Below are positions 1-8,193 of a DNA stretch of 64,000 nucleotides, piece by piece (position 1 is the stretch's first letter; each line of letters starts with the position of its first letter). This stretch comes from an uncultured archaeon (GTDB lineage Archaea; Aenigmatarchaeota; Aenigmatarchaeia; QMZP01; JAFGSV01): positions 3,985 to 67,984 of the forward strand of contig CAZLFZ010000001.1 in assembly GCA_964559215.1 (NCBI GenBank). The letters are read 5' to 3'. The translations under genes and the position numbers were made by a program. Below the pieces are notes generated by a model. The model did not search any database, had not been told where the DNA came from, and worked only from the letters and a program-made list of their open reading frames with translations.

Positions 1-53
1 GTGCCTTAGTTATAGAATTCAAGCACAGAAGCAAACTTGGAACTACGAGGCAA

Positions 54-3032
54 ATGGAAAATGCATCACATCAACTGAAAGATTATCTGGTTTCTCTCTC
101 ATCAAAAGATGAAGCATACTTTTTAGGTGCTGTAACAGACGGTATCAAAATAAGATTTTTCACTTGCCAAAACAGCCAGGTGTTTGAAGAGCAACCTCAT
201 GAATTGAGGGGAGAAGATATAATCAGGCTGATGAGGAGTGCCATAGCATTGAATACAAAGACCCTGAGTGCCAAGAATTTGGTCTCGGAGTTCTGCGAAC
301 CGAAAACGGATAACTTGGCTAAAAATCTTATCAAAATTCTTTATAGAACCATAAAGAAATCTCCGACCCAAAAAACATACATGCTGAATGAGGAGTGGGA
401 GAGATTATTCAAATTGGGTCACGAAGACAAATCTCATCAGAAGAAGATAGAGGAGAGGGGGGTTGCATTGAGTAGGATTGTCGGTGAGAAAACCATGCCA
501 ATGTCGGAACAATACAAAGTCCTTTTCTGTGCTCAGACCGCATATGCCACAATAGTCAAGTTAATTGCATACAGGGTTATCTCGGACATTGTGTTCCATA
601 GTCCACTACAGAGTTTCAAATCCTTGTCGACAGCCGAAAGCAACAGCCTAAGAATATTTTTTTCCGAATTTGAAGAGGGTTCCACTTTCAGGGAGATAGG
701 AATAGACAACCTGCTGGAAGGAGACTTCTTTTCGTGGTATTGCACAAAAGAACAGTGGAATGAGGAAATTTACATGGTTTTGAAAGAAGTCATATCCCGA
801 CTCTCAGATTATGAAGACAAGCAAGACATATTCCACAAATCAACGGTAAACGACCTTTTCAGGGAACTTTATCAGCACATCATGCCTTCCGTAGTCCGCT
901 ACAGTCTGGGAGAATACTATACTCCGAAATGGCTCGCACAACATCTACTCGAAAACGCATCGAAAAACAAGGTCGGATGGAGAGGGTTAGACCCCTGTGC
1001 GGGCTCTGGAACCTTTCTGATAGCAATGATAGAGAAGGTGATTAATGAGAACAAGAACGCCCCAAGAGATAAGATTTTCAACGAAGTAATCCACAGAGTC
1101 AAGGGCATAGACTTGAATCCATTGGCTGTTTTGACATCCAGAGTTAACTATTTCATAGCAATCTCACCATATCTCCCGAAAGACATAAAATATATCGAAA
1201 TACCCGTGCATCTTGGTGATTCTGCGAACATACCAAGATTGGTAAATATCGCAGGTGTCGAGTGCATACAATACAAGATTGACACAAAAATAGACTCAAT
1301 GGAAATCACACTACCCCGAAGTTCTCTATCAGACCCGAAGAAATTTTCCGAAACAATGTTCAGGCTGGAGGCTTGTGTCTCACAGAAAAACAAAGACAAA
1401 GCCAAGGAACTAATCTGCGATTTGATAGCCAGTGAAGAAAGATCAACTGAAATAATACGGAGAATTGATATTTGGCTGGACTCTTTAATCAAGCTGGAGA
1501 TAAACAAATGGAACAGAATCTGGACGAGGATAGTAAAGAACTTCTTGACTACAGCAAATCTGGGTAAATTCGATGTCATAATTGGCAACCCACCGTGGAT
1601 AGATTGGAAAAACCTTCCAACGGGATACAGGGAGAAGATAAAATCTCTGTGCATAAAGAAAGAAATGTTTTCTGGAGACCACCTCACGGGTGGCATAAAC
1701 CTCAACATATGTGCCTTAATCACGAATGTCGTTGCAGAAAATTACTTGGATGATGACGGCACATTCGCATTCCTCATGCCAAAATCCATAATTTTCCAGC
1801 AGACTTATGAAGGCTTCAGGAACTTGAAAATTGAATATAGAGGTAACATGTATTTTCAGGAGTTCCACGATTGGACAAAATCTGGTCATCCATTTCACCC
1901 AGTTCAGCAACAATTTCTGACTTATTATATGTCGTTCAAGAAACCGAGAAGGGATTATGTTCCCGTCAGACGATACAGCAAGAACAGAGGGGAATCAATC
2001 AGAGGAAAGGAGAATAATGACTTGGAATCTGTAATCGGATTGTTTGACATCGAAGATTTTGTGTGCGGTCAGGTATCAGCATCAAACACGGCGTTCACCT
2101 ATGCCAAAACAAGGGAAGAACTTACAAAGTTCAGGGAAATATCAGGCATATGCACATACATCGGAAGGGAGGGTATTGAGTTTTACCCGCAAGAAATTAT
2201 GATATTATCACCTGATGCCGAGAAGGTAAGGTCTGGAGAAGGAATAATCTGGGTGAAGAATTTCCAGAATGAAAAATCCAAGTATAGAGTTCCCCAAAAA
2301 AGCGTGAGGATGGAGAAAAAGTATCTATACCCCCTTCTGAAAGGTGTTGATATAAAACGCTTCAGAATCGTTGACACAAACTATCTCGTCCCCTTTCCAT
2401 ATGAATCCAAGAACCCAAGAAAAGCATTGACTATCGAGGAGCTTGTAAGTAAATCCCCACTTTTATTGAAATATCTTGAATCATTCAAAGAGATTATTGA
2501 GAAACAGACCGAATATAATGAAAAGATAAAGGGGAAATATGGTGGCATCTACTATAGTCTCGCAAGGGTCGGAAAATACACCTTCGCTCCACACCATGTT
2601 GTTTTTAGGGACAACACGAAATGGTGTGCGGCTGTAGTGTCTTCAACCAATAACAAATGGGTAGGAAAAAAGCTATATCTGACACAGAATCACGCCGTTT
2701 CAATGTGTGAAGATGAAAAAGGAAATTTCATTGCGGAAGATGAGGCTCATTTCATATGTGCAATATTGAACTGTCCTATAGTAGAAAGATTTATACTTCA
2801 ATCATCCGACAGCAGGACTTTCAAGATACAACCGCCGATTTTTATCCCGAAATACAACATAAAAAATGTAAACCATGTTAAACTAAGGGACATTTCAATC
2901 AAGGCACACGAGAATCCAGATAATGTAGAAGAACTCAGAGAGGAAGCAGAAAAGATATACATGTCAATTTGTTCTTCGGGGAACCCAAACATAGAGGATA
3001 GCAACAAACAGGCAAATTTAAAACACTTCTGA
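54..3032 (+). CDS. Large N6-adenine DNA methyltransferase fusion protein; Type IIG/IIL (MmeI/Eco57I-like) restriction-modification candidate
   Basis: 992-aa ORF with gamma-class amino-MTase motif order: motif X 'GEYYTPKW', motif I 'LDPCAGSGTFL' (nt 990-1016) and motif IV 'IIGNPPWIDW' (NPPW at nt 1587-1598, in frame). A roughly 290-aa N-terminal domain and a roughly 470-aa C-terminal region consistent with a target-recognition domain, as in single-chain RM enzymes. The gene sits in a segment that is AT-rich relative to the rest of the window. Confidence 0.6.
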   Translation: MENASHQLKDYLVSLSSKDEAYFLGAVTDGIKIRFFTCQNSQVFEEQPHELRGEDIIRLMRSAIALNTKTLSAKNLVSEFCEPKTDNLAKNLIKILYRTIKKSPTQKTYMLNEEWERLFKLGHEDKSHQKKIEERGVALSRIVGEKTMPMSEQYKVLFCAQTAYATIVKLIAYRVISDIVFHSPLQSFKSLSTAESNSLRIFFSEFEEGSTFREIGIDNLLEGDFFSWYCTKEQWNEEIYMVLKEVISRLSDYEDKQDIFHKSTVNDLFRELYQHIMPSVVRYSLGEYYTPKWLAQHLLENASKNKVGWRGLDPCAGSGTFLIAMIEKVINENKNAPRDKIFNEVIHRVKGIDLNPLAVLTSRVNYFIAISPYLPKDIKYIEIPVHLGDSANIPRLVNIAGVECIQYKIDTKIDSMEITLPRSSLSDPKKFSETMFRLEACVSQKNKDKAKELICDLIASEERSTEIIRRIDIWLDSLIKLEINKWNRIWTRIVKNFLTTANLGKFDVIIGNPPWIDWKNLPTGYREKIKSLCIKKEMFSGDHLTGGINLNICALITNVVAENYLDDDGTFAFLMPKSIIFQQTYEGFRNLKIEYRGNMYFQEFHDWTKSGHPFHPVQQQFLTYYMSFKKPRRDYVPVRRYSKNRGESIRGKENNDLESVIGLFDIEDFVCGQVSASNTAFTYAKTREELTKFREISGICTYIGREGIEFYPQEIMILSPDAEKVRSGEGIIWVKNFQNEKSKYRVPQKSVRMEKKYLYPLLKGVDIKRFRIVDTNYLVPFPYESKNPRKALTIEELVSKSPLLLKYLESFKEIIEKQTEYNEKIKGKYGGIYYSLARVGKYTFAPHHVVFRDNTKWCAAVVSSTNNKWVGKKLYLTQNHAVSMCEDEKGNFIAEDEAHFICAILNCPIVERFILQSSDSRTFKIQPPIFIPKYNIKNVNHVKLRDISIKAHENPDNVEELREEAEKIYMSICSSGNPNIEDSNKQANLKHF

Positions 3033-3045
3033 CAGATTACTATCT

Positions 3046-3360
3046 ATGGTCGGGGATGGTCATGTCAGCGAAGTTGAAATAAACTGTCCTTTTTGCGGAA
3101 AGGCGAAAATAAACATCATACGCAAAGAGAGTATGAACCAGCCAAAAGTATCAAGAATTTCATCTGGCAAATCTTCAACTACATACAGGAGAACTGGAGT
3201 AATGTGCATCGTTGCCACAGACTGTCCCATTTGCGGAAGGAAGAAGAACGACATAAGGAGAGCACTTGATGGAGAGATAGGCACGAAAACACACGAGGAA
3301 CGCCTAAAACGCCTGCAAGCATCAGGATTACCCACGAAGATTGTGAATAAGAGGGGATGA
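3046..3360 (+). CDS. Zinc-ribbon protein (two CPxCG pairs), function unknown; co-oriented with upstream MTase
   Basis: 104-aa ORF with 'CPFCG' and 'CPICG' spaced about 45 aa apart, which gives a 4-Cys zinc ribbon. Its start lies 14 nt after the MTase stop and its stop 2 nt before the next ORF, so the layout is operon-like. Confidence 0.4.
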   Translation: MVGDGHVSEVEINCPFCGKAKINIIRKESMNQPKVSRISSGKSSTTYRRTGVMCIVATDCPICGRKKNDIRRALDGEIGTKTHEERLKRLQASGLPTKIVNKRG

Positions 3361-3361
3361 A

Positions 3362-3979
3362 ATGGTAAAGGAGTTCGGGGATCAGTTTGAGGAATTCGTG
3401 ATGTCATACTTCAAGAGAGTGAAAAAATGTAAAGTCGCTGTTAGGGATTATTCTTTTCATAAATCTCATAAAACAAAAGGGGGTGGAACAAGAAACAGTC
3501 CAACAGATTTGGATGTCGTGGCATTCGGAAAGAGCAAAATTTATGCAATTTCATGCCAAGAATTTATTCCATTCACGCCAAAAAAAGCACCTGAAAATTG
3601 TAAGAACATTGTTGATAATCTTAAGCAAGGAATTGAAAACCTTAAACAAAATCTTGGAAAGGGAAAAATTGAACCCGTTATAGCCTGTATTTCTATAAGC
3701 AAATATGGCTACCAAGAACTAATGAAACATACAAGAAGAATGTTTGGAAAAGAACTTGAAATCAAATTTCTTTTTGATATGGTTTCTGAATATGTCAATT
3801 TTTTAACTCATAAGGACTTCAAAAAGATGTCTGCTATCAGTTTTGGAACGCTCGATTGGTTTCTATGTAGAATTGTTGGGTGGTATGGTTTAAACTTCAC
3901 AAAAGAACTGGAAGATTTGAAACCAGAGGAAAGAAAAAGGGTATATACTATATTCAGGGAAAGACAACTCAAGGAATGA
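3362..3979 (+). CDS. Restriction-endonuclease-fold protein with Hjc (archaeal Holliday-junction resolvase)-like N-terminal domain and unknown C-terminal domain
   Basis: The N-terminal ~75 aa ('QFEEFV...KVAVRD...GGGTRNSPTDLDVVAFGKSKIYAISCQEF') align by eye to Hjc 'AERELI...GFAVVRSAGS..VDLVAGNGKKYLCIEVK'. The first catalytic Glu and Asp are conserved, but the terminal E-x-K reads S-C-Q. An extra domain of about 130 aa follows. Confidence 0.35.
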   Translation: MVKEFGDQFEEFVMSYFKRVKKCKVAVRDYSFHKSHKTKGGGTRNSPTDLDVVAFGKSKIYAISCQEFIPFTPKKAPENCKNIVDNLKQGIENLKQNLGKGKIEPVIACISISKYGYQELMKHTRRMFGKELEIKFLFDMVSEYVNFLTHKDFKKMSAISFGTLDWFLCRIVGWYGLNFTKELEDLKPEERKRVYTIFRERQLKE

Positions 3980-4022
3980 TTTGTAAACATCGGTTTTATT
4001 AGTCAGTGTTGAAACTATAACT

Positions 4023-4334
4023 ATGAAGCTCCAAAAATTGACGTATCTGTTATTCATAGTAAATTCAGCTTTAGATAGCGGAAAAGATATAGACATAAAA
4101 TTTGAAGAAGTTAGGAATCATGCCGAAAAGCAAAATTTCGTGGGTTATCTAAAAGTAAAGCTGGATAGAGACCTCAATCTCACAGCAGAAGAAACAGCAG
4201 AATTGAATGAAAAAATTGAGAGATTGTCTAATGCTGTCTATGATAGGGAGAGAAGAAAGTTTGGAGTAGAAAATAATGGCTTATGCTTGATTATTGCTTA
4301 CCTAACTGAGATAATACAGAATTATTTGGATTGA
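4023..4334 (+). CDS. Hypothetical small protein (103 aa) in AT-rich islet
   Basis: ORF only; no motif recognised. AT-rich codon usage matches the neighbouring islet genes. Confidence 0.2.
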   Translation: MKLQKLTYLLFIVNSALDSGKDIDIKFEEVRNHAEKQNFVGYLKVKLDRDLNLTAEETAELNEKIERLSNAVYDRERRKFGVENNGLCLIIAYLTEIIQNYLD

Positions 4335-4400
4335 CTTTAAGAGCAAAAATCATACTTTAGGAGCAGAATTCACTTTAAGAGCAAAGCCGTCCTGAGGTTA
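4330..4400. repeat. Three imperfect ~19-bp direct repeats (core 'ACTTTAAGAGCAAA') at the boundary of the AT-rich islet
   Basis: 'actttaagagcaaaaatcat' / 'actttaggagcagaattc' / 'actttaagagcaaagcc' read directly at nt 4334-4386. They lie just before composition switches to the higher-GC core genes. Confidence 0.5.
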
Positions 4401-4443
4401 AGCTTTTTAAAGTAGGGCTTTAATTTTAAGTTGATACGTAAAA

Positions 4444-5043
4444 GTGGGCGAAGTGGGAATAAGCTCGGTAAAGCGCGAAATAAGGATAGTAGGATGGGAC
4501 GATGCGCCCTTCAGCTTCAGGGACAAGAAAACCGCCCTCGTAGGAACCATATACAGGGGAGGTTCCTGGCTTGACGGGGTAATAACGAGCGATGTAAAAA
4601 TAGACGGTCTCGACTCGAGCGAGAAAATAATAGCGGCCGTTAACAGTTCACCCCACAAAAAACAGCTCAGGATAATAATGCTTGACGGCACAACGTTCGG
4701 GGGGTTCAACATAGTCGACATGGATAAGATAAACAATGAGACATCCTTGCCCGTGATAGCGGTTGTCAGGGAAAAACCGAACTTCGATTCGATTAAACTC
4801 GCACTGCAACGGTTCAAGGACTCAGCCAAAAGGTGGGAGCTGATCTTAAAGGCGGGGCCTGTTAATGGACTTGAGGTGAGGAACCCCAAGACAGGAAAGA
4901 TTAAAAAGATATGGTTCCAAAATAGGGGTATTGAATCTGACGCCGCGAGAGAAGTCATCAAGATTTCATCCACCCGATCATTCATTCCGGAACCCCTGAG
5001 GGTGGCGCATCTGATCGCACATGGTTTAGGAGGTTGTAAATGA
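4444..5043 (+). CDS. DUF99/UPF0215 family protein (conserved archaeal, RNase H-like fold, function unclear)
   Basis: 199-aa ORF with a GTG start. I recognise the sequence pattern ('IVGWDDAPF...IMLDGTTFGGFNIVD') as the UPF0215/DUF99 archaeal family. Confidence 0.5.
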   Translation: MGEVGISSVKREIRIVGWDDAPFSFRDKKTALVGTIYRGGSWLDGVITSDVKIDGLDSSEKIIAAVNSSPHKKQLRIIMLDGTTFGGFNIVDMDKINNETSLPVIAVVREKPNFDSIKLALQRFKDSAKRWELILKAGPVNGLEVRNPKTGKIKKIWFQNRGIESDAAREVIKISSTRSFIPEPLRVAHLIAHGLGGCK

Positions 5044-5528
5044 AAGGCGATGTGAAGGAAACGGTGCTGTACATTGTCATCGGGGTGTTGCTTGCCTGGG
5101 GGATAAACCAAGGCATGGCGTTCGCCCTGACCACGGATATGCCGGTTGTTGCCGTGGAATCAAACAGCATGGTGCCGATGTTTTACAAGGGTGATATCCT
5201 TGTGCTGCATGGGATGGAACCCGATGCGTTGCGTGTCGGGGACGTCATAGTCTATTCCGTGGCCGGCCGGGATGTTCCCATTGTTCACAGAATAAAAAGA
5301 ATCAACGCCGACGGCTCCTTCCAGACCAAGGGGGATGCCAACAGCGGGCAGCTGGATTTCGAGTATTATGTAGACCCGGAAAATGTTCACGGAAAGGTGT
5401 TCGTGATAATCCCTTACCTGGGGTGGGTGAAGATAGGCATAATGCAATACGTGTTGCCCAACATTTTATTCGTACTGACAGCGATCGTGGTTATCGCTGT
5501 CATATACTACGGCAGGAGGTTGATCTAA
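5040..5528 (+). CDS. Signal peptidase I, archaeal/eukaryotic Sec11 type (S26B)
   Basis: 162 aa with an N-terminal TM segment, the catalytic Ser box 'VESNSMVP', the 'GDIL' and 'HRI' boxes, and 'GDAN'. Its start overlaps the upstream stop. Confidence 0.7.
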   Translation: MKGDVKETVLYIVIGVLLAWGINQGMAFALTTDMPVVAVESNSMVPMFYKGDILVLHGMEPDALRVGDVIVYSVAGRDVPIVHRIKRINADGSFQTKGDANSGQLDFEYYVDPENVHGKVFVIIPYLGWVKIGIMQYVLPNILFVLTAIVVIAVIYYGRRLI

Positions 5529-5851
5529 TGGAATTTTGTCCAAGGTGTGAATTGGCTTTGGTAGTTAAGGAGGATGAAGGTAAAAGGGTTCTTGTGTGCA
5601 GGAAATGCGGTTACAAGACGGACAAATACAAACCCCTGCAGATATCGGAAAGGGTGGAAAAGAATCCCATGGACTCCGTTGTTGTGATAGAAAAAAACGA
5701 AGAGGCGCTGCCAAAGACCAGGGCTCCCTGCCCAAAGTGCGGCCACAAGGAAGCCGTGTGGTGGGTCCAGCAGACACGCTCCGCTGACGAGGCTCCCACG
5801 CTTTTCTTCAGGTGCGTCAAGTGCAAGCACAGCTGGAGGGAATACGGCTGA
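5528..5851 (+). CDS. tfs: Transcription factor S / RNA polymerase subunit M (TFIIS-type zinc ribbon)
   Basis: 107 aa from the ATG at 5528 (ATGA overlap with the upstream stop). N-terminal 'CPRC...CRKC' zinc ribbon and C-terminal 'CPKCGH...FFRCVKCKHSW' TFIIS-type ribbon with the acidic 'SADE' tip. Confidence 0.7.
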   Translation: MEFCPRCELALVVKEDEGKRVLVCRKCGYKTDKYKPLQISERVEKNPMDSVVVIEKNEEALPKTRAPCPKCGHKEAVWWVQQTRSADEAPTLFFRCVKCKHSWREYG

Positions 5852-5861
5852 GAACCGCTAA

Positions 5862-5881
5862 TTCTTTTTTTATTCCTTTTG
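5862..5881 (+). terminator. T-rich tract downstream of tfs (archaeal intrinsic terminator candidate)
   Basis: 'ttcttttttta' run 12 nt after the TGA stop. Confidence 0.25.
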
Positions 5882-5894
5882 CAATCTCTTTATT

Positions 5895-7049
5895 ATGATA
5901 AGGGTTTTGGTCCTGGGGTCAAAGGAGTATCCCTTCGGCACTAACATGGGTGATGACCCCATACCGAGCGGGGGGATGGAAACTTATCTGAATGACTTAG
6001 CACCCGAATTGTCGAAATTGTGCAAGTTGCTGATAATCACGAGACGTTTCACTGGAACGGAAAAATGTCAAAAAATCGGCAAGAATATCTCCGTAAGAAG
6101 GGTCCCGTGGGTAAGGGGAAAGTGGCTCAGGAACCCGAGCTTTAACTTCTTTTCATGCTTATCTTCCATGAAAGTCATGAAAAATATTGACGTTATCTAT
6201 TCAAACGGCATCATATCTGGCCTTTTTGCTCTTTTGTTGGGCAGGATGTTCCGAAAGAATGTTGTCTACAGGCCTGCAGGCATAGGGTTCGTCCAGTACG
6301 GGTTCCCTCTTAAACAGTTACTCTTTGCCCTTGAAAGGCTGGTGTTCGCCAAATCCGATGCGGTCATTTTCCATTCACATGGCGAGAAAAGAAACGCGGA
6401 ATCGGTGTTCAAAATAAGATTCAGGGACGCAAGCGTGATCTTGACAGGGTTCCCGGTCGGGAAATTCAAGACGGGAAATAAAGGGCTCGGAAAAGAGTTC
6501 GGAATCGGAAACGAAACCGTGATAAGTGCCGTGTCGAGGTTCGTCCCTGTAAAAGGTCTCGAATATCTGCTTGAGGCGTGTTCGCAACTGGATTCCGATT
6601 TCAGGCTGCTGCTGGTTGGCTCAGGTCTTGAGGAAGGGAGGCTGAAAAAGCTGAGCAGCGATCTGGGCATCGCCAACAAGGTCATTTTTGCCGGTTTCAG
6701 GCATGATGTGCCTGACATTCTGGCCATAACCGACATTTTCGTTGTCACTTCTTTGTTCGAGGGCCTGCCGACATCCCTGCTGGAGGCTATGGCCGCTGGC
6801 TTGGCCTGCGTTGTCACCGATATAGGGCTGCCTGTCCAGCATATGAAAACGGGGCTCGTTATCAGGCCGAAAGACCCGTCCGCGTTGAAAAATGCGATGG
6901 AATCGCTGATAAAGGACAAGGGTATGAGAGAAAAACTGGGAGAGAATGCCAGGGAATTTGTGACCGAGAACTGCACCCAGAAAAAGGCCGCGCTCGGGCA
7001 TGTAAAGCTGTTCAGGAAAATTTTAAAGTGTGATTTGAAGGAGGATTGA
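5895..7049 (+). CDS. Glycosyltransferase family 4 (GT-B, retaining)
   Basis: 384 aa. C-terminal GT4 signature region 'FVVTSLFEGLPTSLLEAMAAGLACVVTDIG' (EX7E-like). Confidence 0.7.
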   Translation: MIRVLVLGSKEYPFGTNMGDDPIPSGGMETYLNDLAPELSKLCKLLIITRRFTGTEKCQKIGKNISVRRVPWVRGKWLRNPSFNFFSCLSSMKVMKNIDVIYSNGIISGLFALLLGRMFRKNVVYRPAGIGFVQYGFPLKQLLFALERLVFAKSDAVIFHSHGEKRNAESVFKIRFRDASVILTGFPVGKFKTGNKGLGKEFGIGNETVISAVSRFVPVKGLEYLLEACSQLDSDFRLLLVGSGLEEGRLKKLSSDLGIANKVIFAGFRHDVPDILAITDIFVVTSLFEGLPTSLLEAMAAGLACVVTDIGLPVQHMKTGLVIRPKDPSALKNAMESLIKDKGMREKLGENAREFVTENCTQKKAALGHVKLFRKILKCDLKED

Positions 7050-7061
7050 AATCGGATTATT

Positions 7062-8177
7062 ATGAACGCCGGGATCGTTTTCGCATTCCACAGCTCCATC
7101 GAAGGCACGCTCGGGAGGGCGGGGGGCAATGCGAAGCCTGTATCGGAATTTTTGCTGTTCAAGCGTTATTCGGAGACGTTCGATCAGGTTTTCATTTTCA
7201 GCGCCGACTCCAAGTCTTACGATAAGATGTTGCCGGAAAACTGCCGCCACATAAAGCTGGTCAACAGGCCCCTTTTCATTCTGTTCGGGTGGCTTGTCCT
7301 GTTGCTTTACGCCTGGAGATACAAGTTCAATGTCATCAGGCTCATAAGTTCTCCCGCGATGCCCACGGTTTTTTTGACAGGGAAGCTCGCTCGAGCGAAG
7401 GTCATCCTAAAATACTACTATCTTTGGTACAATACCACCATAGACCCTGTGAAGAGGGATCTGACGCTGAAGGCGTTTTTGATTAAAAAAATTGAGAAAT
7501 TCCTGTTGTATTTCGTCGACTATGTGATAGCGGGCAACAAGGAGGTGGAAGAATTCGTTGGGGATGAAAGGAAAATACTTGACATAAACGAGGGCATAAT
7601 AACGGATGAATTTGACCCGGCAAAGGTCAAGGAAGACGGGCTGATGAAAAGGCTCAAAGGTGTCAAGCTCATTTTCGTCGGCAGGCTGAATAACTTCAAA
7701 GACCCTCTGACCATGCTGAGAGGCTACGGTATAGCGAAAAAGCGAATCCCGGACCTGAAATTGGTCATCTGCGGCGACGGTGATATGAGACCGGATTGTG
7801 AAAAACTGGCCGACAAGGATGTCCATTTTCTGGGATTTGTGGGCAACGTGCCTCCCCTTTTGAGGGGGGCCGATATCTACGTCATCACCTCCGTTTATGA
7901 CGCTTCCCCGAGAAGCCTCATGGAGGCCATGTGCATGGGTCTGCCGTGCATCGCAACAAGGGTTGGGGGGATTCCGGAATATCTTCCCGAAGACTGCGGT
8001 GTTCTGATCGAGCCGGGAAACCCCGGGCTGCTCGCAGAAAAGATAGTGCAGCTAGCCAAAAACCGGGAGATGAGAGAAGGCGCAGGGAAGAAATCCAGGG
8101 AAAGGATTTTAAAATATCATGACCTGGAGAAAAACCTGGACAAGGAAATAAAATTCCTGACCAAGGGCCGTTGCTAA
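7062..8177 (+). CDS. Glycosyltransferase family 4
   Basis: 371 aa. 'YVITSVYDASPRSLMEAMCMGLPCIATRVGGIPE' matches the GT4 C-terminal domain. A GGAGG-like purine tract lies upstream of the ATG. Confidence 0.65.
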   Translation: MNAGIVFAFHSSIEGTLGRAGGNAKPVSEFLLFKRYSETFDQVFIFSADSKSYDKMLPENCRHIKLVNRPLFILFGWLVLLLYAWRYKFNVIRLISSPAMPTVFLTGKLARAKVILKYYYLWYNTTIDPVKRDLTLKAFLIKKIEKFLLYFVDYVIAGNKEVEEFVGDERKILDINEGIITDEFDPAKVKEDGLMKRLKGVKLIFVGRLNNFKDPLTMLRGYGIAKKRIPDLKLVICGDGDMRPDCEKLADKDVHFLGFVGNVPPLLRGADIYVITSVYDASPRSLMEAMCMGLPCIATRVGGIPEYLPEDCGVLIEPGNPGLLAEKIVQLAKNREMREGAGKKSRERILKYHDLEKNLDKEIKFLTKGRC

Positions 8178-8193
8178 AATCAGAACAGGCCCC

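Noticed and set aside
54-3032. BREX PglX interpretation of the 992-aa methyltransferase
   Set aside because: PglX proteins are typically ~1200 aa and are accompanied by PglZ (an alkaline-phosphatase family member), BrxC and BrxL. None of those is adjacent. The AP-family proteins in this window lie 16-21 kb away inside the glycan island, so a Type IIG-like call is more parsimonious, but it is not proven.
6266-7162. 298-aa ORF on the minus strand spanning two GT4 genes
   Set aside because: Low-complexity Ser/Pro-rich translation with no motif. It lies fully antisense to two well-supported glycosyltransferase genes, so it is a typical shadow ORF. The same reasoning applies to the antisense ORFs at 27431-27991, 28158-28820, 47061-48059, 52009-52977, 45112-45633 and 8681-9211.
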